Shown here: positions 28,068 through 34,058 of the stretch, piece by piece | Position numbering within the stretch: the first letter of the stretch is position 1 | Layout: each line of letters starts with the position of its first letter | The notes under the pieces: model-generated | Database searches by the model: none | Seen by the model: only the letters and a program-made list of their open reading frames with translations | Told to the model about the DNA's origin: nothing | Source: an uncultured Thermotogae bacterium | GTDB lineage: Bacteria > Bipolaricaulota > Bipolaricaulia > M55B111 | Assembly (NCBI GenBank): GCA_964513485.1 | Contig: CAZENJ010000001.1 | Location: forward strand, 23,425-57,482 | Length of the DNA: 34,058 nt | Direction: 5' to 3' | Position numbers and translations under genes: made by a program

Positions 28068-28076
28068 TGGTATTAT
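28068..28076 (+). promoter_or_regulatory. Extended -10 upstream of rod element B
   Basis: TGG-TATTAT; no credible + strand protein gene follows in this gap. Confidence 0.4.
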
Positions 28077-28115
28077 CTAAAGTGGTAAATCAAGTCGCTT
28101 TTCCAAAACTTTCAA

Positions 28116-28235
28116 CCAGCACCCAGATGAGCTCCGGATCCTGGCTCAAGGGCTTTACCTTAACTCCGGAAGGCAGCCTCACCTGAGTTAAGGGTAGATT
28201 ATATTTCCAGGTTACTTTTCTCATCTGGGTGCTGG
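28116..28235 (+). ncRNA. Candidate structured ncRNA, rod element B (related to A)
   Basis: Perfect 16-bp closing stem 28116-31/28220-35, CCTGG/CCAGG, and a 13-bp stem 28154-66/28185-98; shares motifs with element A. Confidence 0.5.
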
Positions 28236-28344
28236 ACCGACTCCTGTTTGTAAAATAACTTCTATAAGCAACTCTAAACTTTCAGCTAACCCGATAAAGC
28301 CGCTAAATTTAGGCTTAGGTAAATAAATTCTACAGGGGGTTACG

Positions 28345-28401
28345 ATCGATAACTGAGAGCTCACGGGGCTGGGCCGGGGGATGAATCAGCTGGTTATCGG
28401 T
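28345..28401. repeat. 57-bp palindromic element D, copy 2 of element C
   Basis: Identical 13-nt core GATGAATCAGCTG, a 4-nt deletion, and one A-T to G-C compensatory pair relative to C. Confidence 0.6.
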
Positions 28402-28532
28402 AAAGAAAAAGCGGCCGGCTGAGGCCCGGATCATAGCTTGGGAAAGTCCTGGAAAGTATTCTTGATTGTTTATTTAGGTCACGTACTCTGGCCAGGGGTC
28501 CTGGATGACCCGGAATTATCCCCGTAAAACCT

Positions 28533-28919
28533 CTACTGACTTTCTCCTTCCCCGGACAGAGCCTTCTGGAGAGCCTCTAGGGCTACGCCCATGCAATCCT
28601 CTCTTTTTCTGCCGGAGTCGGTCATGTTTGCTTCCAGATCCGCCAGGGAAAGCTTTCTGGCTTTCCGGACGCTTAATCCCCTTACCAGCTGGGTTAATAT
28701 GGAGGCCGAACCAATACAGAGCACGCATCCCTGGCCGTCGAATTTGATATTTCTGACGGTACCCTCTTCGATCTTTAATCCCAGCTCGATCCTGTCCCCG
28801 CAGTTCGGGTTTTCCGCGCTTGCCTGAAAATCGGGATTTTTCAGTTTACCCCTGTTATGAGGATTCTGATAGTGGTGCATTAAGTTCTGGTCGTAAATCT
28901 GGGGTCTATCGTCGTTCAT
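28533..28919 (-). CDS. sufU: SufU/IscU-family sulfur acceptor or Fe-S scaffold
   Basis: HYQNPHNRG, NPNCGD, GQGC...SAS and R..C motifs; 2 bp downstream of sufS. Confidence 0.85.
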   Translation of the reverse strand: MNDDRPQIYDQNLMHHYQNPHNRGKLKNPDFQASAENPNCGDRIELGLKIEEGTVRNIKFDGQGCVLCIGSASILTQLVRGLSVRKARKLSLADLEANMTDSGRKREDCMGVALEALQKALSGEGESQ

Positions 28920-28921
28920 GT

Positions 28922-30139
28922 TTAACCACCCAGTATTTCTTTGGCCTCTCTTATGATCTCGGTCAATTGGTCAATTTCCGACTCTTCGTTGTAGATGTAA
29001 AAGCTTGCACGGGAAGTCGCGGTTAATTCCAGCGCTTCGTGCAGCGGCTGAGCGCAGTGATGGCCGGCTCGAATGGCAATATTACCCAGTGAGTCCAGAA
29101 CCGTGGCGAGATCGTGGGGATGGACTTCGTCGAGGTTAAAGGAAACGAGCCCGCCCCGTTCCTCCCCCTCTTCCGGTCCGTATATTTGAAGCCCGGGAAT
29201 TTTGGCCAGTTCCGTTAGCGCTTTCGTGGTGAGCGAGTTAACATGTTGTCTTATCGAATCCATCCCCAGGGAATCCAAATAATCCAGCGTGCTTCCGAAG
29301 GCGATTATCTGAGCGATTGGCGGCGTGCCCGCTTCGAACTTTTGCGGCAGGTCATTCCAGGTCACCGCCTTTTTCGTATTGCTCCGGACCATTTCTCCCC
29401 CGCCAAAAGGAGGCGGCATACGTTCCAGGAACTCCTCTCTCCCGTAAAGTATCCCCAGTCCGGTCGGCCCGAGCATTTTATGTGCCGAAAAGGTCAGAAA
29501 ATCTACGTCCAGCTCGGAGACGTCGAACCGCCTATGGGGCAACCACTGGGCTCCGTCCACGATTACCGGGATATCGTATTTATGAGCCAGCCTTGTAAGT
29601 TCCTCGACCGGGTTATAAGTACCGATGACGTTCGAAACGGCGGGAAAAGCAACCGCCGCGGTGTCCGGTGACAGCTTCTTCTCAAAGTCTTCCACGTCCA
29701 GCCTTCCCTTTCTGGTCACCCGAACGTACTCGAGGTTAAACTTGTCCGAGCCGTCCGCCATTATTCGCCAGGGGAGAATATTGCTGTGGTGGTCCATTTC
29801 GGTGACGAGTATTTCCCCTCGTTTCTCCTTCCAGTGGTGGAAGGAATATGCCAGAAGGTTTAATGCTTCGGTGCAGTTTCTCGTATAGATGACCTCCCGA
29901 CTCGACTCCGCCCCGAGAAAATCGGCTGTTTTCTGACGCGAATTCTCCAGTTTTTCCGTCGTCTCTTCCGCTTTACGGTATATTCCCCGATGAACGCTGG
30001 TACCCAGCTTATGGTAATAGTTAATCAATTCCCTGGTTACCGGCGCCGGGGTTAAAGAGGTGGCCGCATTATCCAGGTAGATAAAATCCCCCTCTCTCAG
30101 GACGGGAAAGTCCTTCCTCACCTTTTTGACGTTTATCAT
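28922..30139 (-). CDS. sufS: Group II cysteine desulfurase
   Basis: YLDNAATS, HHSN, DGAQ, SAHKMLGPTG, FEAGTP and RAGHHCAQP motifs. Confidence 0.94.
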   Translation of the reverse strand: MINVKKVRKDFPVLREGDFIYLDNAATSLTPAPVTRELINYYHKLGTSVHRGIYRKAEETTEKLENSRQKTADFLGAESSREVIYTRNCTEALNLLAYSFHHWKEKRGEILVTEMDHHSNILPWRIMADGSDKFNLEYVRVTRKGRLDVEDFEKKLSPDTAAVAFPAVSNVIGTYNPVEELTRLAHKYDIPVIVDGAQWLPHRRFDVSELDVDFLTFSAHKMLGPTGLGILYGREEFLERMPPPFGGGEMVRSNTKKAVTWNDLPQKFEAGTPPIAQIIAFGSTLDYLDSLGMDSIRQHVNSLTTKALTELAKIPGLQIYGPEEGEERGGLVSFNLDEVHPHDLATVLDSLGNIAIRAGHHCAQPLHEALELTATSRASFYIYNEESEIDQLTEIIREAKEILGG

Positions 30140-30192
30140 TTCTGGTTCGGTACACCTTCACTTTTTTAGCTGGATCAGCAGATTACTTTACA

Positions 30193-30201
30193 ATTATAAC
30201 A
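30193..30201 (-). promoter_or_regulatory. Extended -10 promoter for sufS-sufU
   Basis: TGTTATAAT about 55 nt upstream of the ATG. Confidence 0.55.
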
Positions 30202-30349
30202 GAGATTTGGGCCAGTTCCTACCAAAATTGACGAAAGCGCCCTGGTGCTGGACCTGATGGCCAGTTTAACCGATATACCCGGGGAGAAGTCGTTTTTCCC
30301 CGTGTATTGGGCCCTTTAATCCCTCGCGATAAAACAGCACATTTTTGGT

Positions 30350-30378
30350 TTGAAAAGTATTCGATAAACTGGTAAACT
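30350..30378 (+). promoter_or_regulatory. Promoter of the btu-cob operon
   Basis: TTGAAA-N17-TAAACT with TGG extension. Confidence 0.65.
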
Positions 30379-30387
30379 CATTTCTAA

Positions 30388-30414
30388 CCTGGCGGGATAG
30401 TCTATCCCGCCAGG
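30388..30414 (+). promoter_or_regulatory. Perfect 13-1-13 inverted repeat in the btuF leader
   Basis: CCTGGCGGGATAG-T-CTATCCCGCCAGG. Confidence 0.55.
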
Positions 30415-30453
30415 CCGGAAACTTTTTCATACTGATTCAGGAGGTCAACCTTT

Positions 30454-31371
30454 ATGAAAAAGATCTTTTCGACGCTAATTGTCGGATTAGTTCTTATTTC
30501 ATTCGTCGCAGGCATCGTTAACGCGCAGTCCGGAAGAACTGTAGTGGATAGTTTGGACCGTGAGGTTACTGTTCAGGAGGTACCGGAAAGAGTCGTGACT
30601 ACGATAGTCTCGACTACGGAAATAGCCCTGGATCTCGGGCTGGATGAACGACTGGTCGGGGTACCGGACCTTGTTCAGTACCTGTCTTACGTACCGGAAC
30701 TGCAGAAGATAGCGGAGAAAAAGGAGAAAGTCGGTGGGTTTAAGCTGTCCCTGGAAAAAATTGCTTCTCTTGAACCGGATCTCGTCATCCTGGATGCTTC
30801 AGCACAGAAAGAAATGATCGGTAAAATAAAGGACACAGGAGCGACCGTTTACGCAGCCGGGAGCAGAAATATAGAATCCGTGCGAGAGACTATTCTGGAA
30901 ATTGGCTATCTGACCGGAAAGCTGGAGGCCGCGAAGGAAATAGTTGGAGAGATGGTTTACAAACAGGTTCGGCTTAAGGACGCCGTGGGTAAACTGGAAG
31001 AGAAAAAGGAAATGTTTTATACCATCAGCAAGCGGATGTATACTGCGGGCGACAATACTTTCGTCGGCCAGGCACTGCAACTTGCCGGGTTAAACAACGT
31101 CTTCGGGGAGATTTCCGGATACAAACCCGTAAGCACCGAGGAAATTATTCAGAGAAACCCGGAATTGATCATCGCGACGGAGGATATGGGCCTCTCCGTG
31201 GAGAACCTGAGACAGGACAAAGGGCTGAAAGGGGTAAAGGCCGTCAAGAACCGGAACGTCGTATTGCTGCCCACCGGGGAGGATTCCATGCTGAACCAGC
31301 CGGGCACGAGGATAATTGACGGAGCGATCAACCTATTTGAAAAGATTTACGACAGGGAAGTAAACCTTTAA
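30454..31371 (+). CDS. btuF: Cobalamin/iron-chelate ABC substrate-binding protein
   Basis: Signal peptide; DSLDREV...PERVV...STTEI...LG, EKIASLEPDLV and EEIIQRNPE motifs; cob gene context. Confidence 0.82.
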   Translation: MKKIFSTLIVGLVLISFVAGIVNAQSGRTVVDSLDREVTVQEVPERVVTTIVSTTEIALDLGLDERLVGVPDLVQYLSYVPELQKIAEKKEKVGGFKLSLEKIASLEPDLVILDASAQKEMIGKIKDTGATVYAAGSRNIESVRETILEIGYLTGKLEAAKEIVGEMVYKQVRLKDAVGKLEEKKEMFYTISKRMYTAGDNTFVGQALQLAGLNNVFGEISGYKPVSTEEIIQRNPELIIATEDMGLSVENLRQDKGLKGVKAVKNRNVVLLPTGEDSMLNQPGTRIIDGAINLFEKIYDREVNL

Positions 31372-31423
31372 TGCTAAATTCGGGTAGCCGGAGAAGTTCA
31401 GTCTTTAAGTCCGAATTCAAGTC

Positions 31424-32449
31424 ATGAAAAGGGTAAAACCAAAGGCAACTTTTTTAACCCTATTCGTGCTCCTTGCTTTTGCCTTCCTGGTCGGGATAGC
31501 AATCGGACCAGTCAGCATACCGTTTGGCAAAAGCTTGCTCATTCTAACGGACAAACTTCCTCTGCTGGAGTTCTCCGGCCTGCCCTCCAATTTTCAGACA
31601 ATAATTTTTGACCTCCGCCTGCCGAGAATTCTGACCGGCTTGCTGGTTGGTAGCTCTCTGGCTATATCGGGAACCGTGATGCAGGGTATCTTCAGGAACC
31701 CGCTGGCTACGCCCTATATTCTGGGGGTCGCAAGTGGAGGTTCGGCGGGGGCCGCTACCGTGGTGGTGCTCGGTTTTACGTCAAATTACGCGCTGCCGGT
31801 CGGTGCCCTGGTCGGTGCCCTGACGGCGGTGACGATAGTTTATAGAATTAGCTGGAGTCACGGTTCGACCTCGTCTTACACGTTGATTCTGGCCGGTGTT
31901 GCGCTGTCATCTCTCTTTTCGGCCCTGACGACGGCGCTGATCTTTGTCGCCGGGCCCTACCAGCAACATCGGGTACTCTTCTGGATGATGGGCGGGCTCT
32001 GGCGGTCGAGCTGGACGTTGTTCAAAATATTACTGCCGATCGTAACGGTCGGCGCCGGAATTATCTGTGCCTGGAGCCGGGATTTAAACGCGCTCGCCCT
32101 CGGGGAGAGCGCGGCGGAGCATCTCGGGGTGAAGCCGTCGATGGTCAAGAAAACGCTGCTCGGACTGGCGACCGCTATAACCGCGGTTTCCGTGGCGGCC
32201 GCAGGTTCGATAGGCTTTGTCGGTCTGGTGATTCCGCACATAATGCGGATGATCCTCGGCCCCGATCATAGAATCCTCTTGCCGGCAGCGGCGCTTGGCG
32301 GGGGAGTATTCCTGATCTATACGGACGTAATGGCGAAAACTATTATGCAGCCGGTTGAGATGCCGGTCGGCGTTATTACTGCTTTCTTTGGAGCACCCTT
32401 TTTCCTCTACTTGCTGAGGAAGAAAATCGTTGGAGGGAGGATGAGATGA
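31424..32449 (+). CDS. btuC: FecCD/BtuC-family permease
   Basis: RLPRI, QGIFRNPLA, LGESAAEHLG, GSIGFVGLVIPH and PVGVITAFFGAPFF motifs. Confidence 0.87.
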   Translation: MKRVKPKATFLTLFVLLAFAFLVGIAIGPVSIPFGKSLLILTDKLPLLEFSGLPSNFQTIIFDLRLPRILTGLLVGSSLAISGTVMQGIFRNPLATPYILGVASGGSAGAATVVVLGFTSNYALPVGALVGALTAVTIVYRISWSHGSTSSYTLILAGVALSSLFSALTTALIFVAGPYQQHRVLFWMMGGLWRSSWTLFKILLPIVTVGAGIICAWSRDLNALALGESAAEHLGVKPSMVKKTLLGLATAITAVSVAAAGSIGFVGLVIPHIMRMILGPDHRILLPAAALGGGVFLIYTDVMAKTIMQPVEMPVGVITAFFGAPFFLYLLRKKIVGGRMR

Positions 32450-33231
32450 AGGTCGAAGTCGACGATTTACACTTTTCATATAACGGCAAAGAAGTCCTTG
32501 AAGGTCTCGATCTCGACGTGCGTCGGGGTGAATTTATCGGAATCGTTGGCCCCAACGGATCCGGTAAAACCACCCTGTTGAAAAATATTGGCGGGGTGCT
32601 GGATCCGGACGACGGGGCAGTGTATCTGGGTGAAGAGGAACTATCGTCCATTCCGATCAAGGAAGTCGCCACTAAAGTAGCTGCTCTGCAGCAGGAGACC
32701 AGCGTCGGGTTCGATTTTACCGTGCGGGAAGTGGTGGAGATGGGCCGATTCCCCCATCTGGATAGATTTGAGCGCCATTCGGAGGGCGACCTTGAAGCCG
32801 TGGATAGGGCAATCGAGATAACTGACTTGGAGAACTTCTCCGATCGGTACGTGAATCAGTTGAGCGGGGGAGAAAAGCAACGGGTATTCCTGGCGCTCGC
32901 GCTGGCCCAGGAGCCCGAGCTGTTACTGCTGGATGAGCCGACCGCGAGCCTGGATATCAACTATCAGATCAGGATAATGGAAACCGTTAAATGCCTGCAG
33001 TCAGAGGGTCTAACGGTGGTTGCGGCAATCCACGACTTAAATCTTGCAGCCCAGTACGCGGACAGGGTGGCGTTGATTGCCGATGGCATGGTAAAAGTGG
33101 TGGGGAAACCGGGTAGAGTTTTGACAGGAGATAATATTGCAAAAGTTTTCGGGGTAGAAGTGGAAGTCGAGGAATCGGACGTCAAGGGTTCGATTCACAT
33201 ATTCCCGAAGACAGGGGAACTCGGGCAGTAG
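32446..33231 (+). CDS. btuD: Cobalamin/iron-chelate ABC ATPase
   Basis: GPNGSGKTT, MGRFP, LSGGEKQR, LDEPT and HDLNLA motifs. Confidence 0.87.
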   Translation: MKVEVDDLHFSYNGKEVLEGLDLDVRRGEFIGIVGPNGSGKTTLLKNIGGVLDPDDGAVYLGEEELSSIPIKEVATKVAALQQETSVGFDFTVREVVEMGRFPHLDRFERHSEGDLEAVDRAIEITDLENFSDRYVNQLSGGEKQRVFLALALAQEPELLLLDEPTASLDINYQIRIMETVKCLQSEGLTVVAAIHDLNLAAQYADRVALIADGMVKVVGKPGRVLTGDNIAKVFGVEVEVEESDVKGSIHIFPKTGELGQ

Positions 33232-33239
33232 GAGGTAAT

Positions 33240-33800
33240 TTGAAAAATTCTGGAGATAGAGTGGGAGTTGAAGGGGGAAAAGTACTCGTCCATACGGGAG
33301 AAGGTAAGGGAAAGACGACTTCGGCCATAGGCCAGTTAATTAGAGCCGAAGGCCACGGGCTACAGACCAAGTATATCAGTTTCTTTAAGGGCAACGAGGA
33401 AAGGTTCTCCCGGGGTACTTTTTCCATAATGAGGCAGCTCGGAATCCCGGTGAGAAACTACGTTCGAGACCATCCCGATTTCGGCAGGACGGAGGAGCGA
33501 GAGGCCAGGAAGGGCTGCCAGGCCGCCCTGTCTTACCTCGAGGAGTTTTTTCAATCGGCAGGAAGGGATTTCGACCTTCTGGTTCTGGACGAGGTAAACG
33601 TGGCGCTTTCGTCCGGTTTTCTGGAGGAAGAGGACTTTCTATCGCTCCTCGAAGAGAAACCGGATGATCTGGAGCTGGTCTGTACAGGAAGGGGCGCGCC
33701 CAGAAGCCTGATCGAGGCCGCCGATCTGGTCAGTCGGATTGAAAACGTAAAGCATTTTTACGACGAGGGAGTAGTGCAGCGGCCGGGTTATGAATACTGA
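33240..33800 (+). CDS. cobO: Corrinoid adenosyltransferase (CobO/BtuR/CobA type)
   Basis: TGEGKGKTTSA, LDEVN, TGRGAP, ADLVS and KH...G.EY motifs; SD GGAGGT and TTG start. Confidence 0.9.
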   Translation: MKNSGDRVGVEGGKVLVHTGEGKGKTTSAIGQLIRAEGHGLQTKYISFFKGNEERFSRGTFSIMRQLGIPVRNYVRDHPDFGRTEEREARKGCQAALSYLEEFFQSAGRDFDLLVLDEVNVALSSGFLEEEDFLSLLEEKPDDLELVCTGRGAPRSLIEAADLVSRIENVKHFYDEGVVQRPGYEY

Positions 33801-33836
33801 GGTAATACAGCACGTTTGTCCCGTGTGGATGAATCC

Positions 33837-34058
33837 ATGAGACGACTAATAAACGGCCTGCGAGGTGGACTGACTTTCGAGACCACCTTCCCATTCAGCC
33901 AGGGTGAGGATGATTTCTGGGGTTTCGTCGACAATTCTTTTTTATATCCCGTGGTTGGGGCGATCGTCGGTGCTATCCTTGGCGGAATCGCTATCCTTTT
34001 TTCTTATTTGCCGGAGTTCATCGCCGCCGGTACTTTTCTCGTCGTCCTGTATTTGATC
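33837..34058 (+). CDS. cobS: Adenosylcobinamide-GDP ribazoletransferase (cobalamin synthase), N-terminal part
   Basis: Hand translation MRRLINGLRGGLTFETTFPF...YPVVGAIVGAILG fits the CobS N-terminal pattern (F.T..P ... P.VG...G); cob context; runs off the window. Confidence 0.72.
   Translation, partial: MRRLINGLRGGLTFETTFPFSQGEDDFWGFVDNSFLYPVVGAIVGAILGGIAILFSYLPEFIAAGTFLVVLYLI

Noticed and set aside
28154-28199. Element B as SRP (4.5S) RNA, because of TTTACC...TCCGGAAGG-CAGCC
   Set aside because: The CAGG/AGCAG symmetric loop needed for Ffh binding is absent, and the best stem does not place GGAA as the tetraloop. cmscan should still be run.
27827-28532. CRISPR array or IS element in the long gap
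   Set aside because: No regularly spaced near-identical repeats, cas genes, transposase remnants or target-site duplications were seen.
22265-30254. TGCTGGACC occurring in three intergenic regions (22265, 28230, 30246)
   Set aside because: Short, found post hoc, in inconsistent contexts, and TGCTGGAC also occurs in coding DNA.
764-33554. Numerous overlapping or antisense ORFs in the track (e.g. 764-1042, 14593-15141, 25669-26379, 28505-28747, 29243-29671)
   Set aside because: They are shadows of well-supported genes, with no recognisable motifs or ribosome-binding sites.
1-34058. Genome-wide TAG reassignment
   Set aside because: TAG ends 9 genes at expected lengths, including the LQMG terminus (4088) and the terminal Phe of the barrel-like protein (8728).

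Overview
Housekeeping and accessory metabolic region of a bacterium with sigma70-type promoters and GGAGG/AGGTGA Shine-Dalgarno (SD) sites. Visibly Glu/Asp-rich proteins and archaeal-like genes suggest a halophilic anaerobe such as a Bipolaricaulota/Acetothermia lineage; this is inference only. There are about 33 genes. They include a GT2 + HEAT + ferritin-like cluster, a Thermococcales-type four-subunit dye-linked proline dehydrogenase-like operon (pdhAFXB order), a dGTPase-like HD protein, PfkB, HAD, EamA, hydrolases and an ABC exporter. Further along are a stand-alone GlmU acetyltransferase domain + glmM, an Ord/amine dehydrogenase-like enzyme divergent from a livKHMGF transporter, sufS-sufU, and btuFCD-cobO-cobS (partial). 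No rRNA, tRNA, CRISPR array, transposase or phage gene was seen. The main oddities are: (1) two related ~120-125 nt rod-shaped hairpins (13064-13189 and 28116-28235), each behind its own -10 box, with shared motifs and anti-SD-like apical loops, a candidate undescribed ncRNA family; (2) a second ~60 bp palindromic element in two copies with a compensatory change (22271-22331 and 28345-28401); (3) a single in-frame TAG splitting the otherwise intact pdhB-like gene; (4) a B12 uptake/salvage operon with a perfect 13-bp inverted repeat instead of a cobalamin riboswitch. All structures were paired by eye, not computed.
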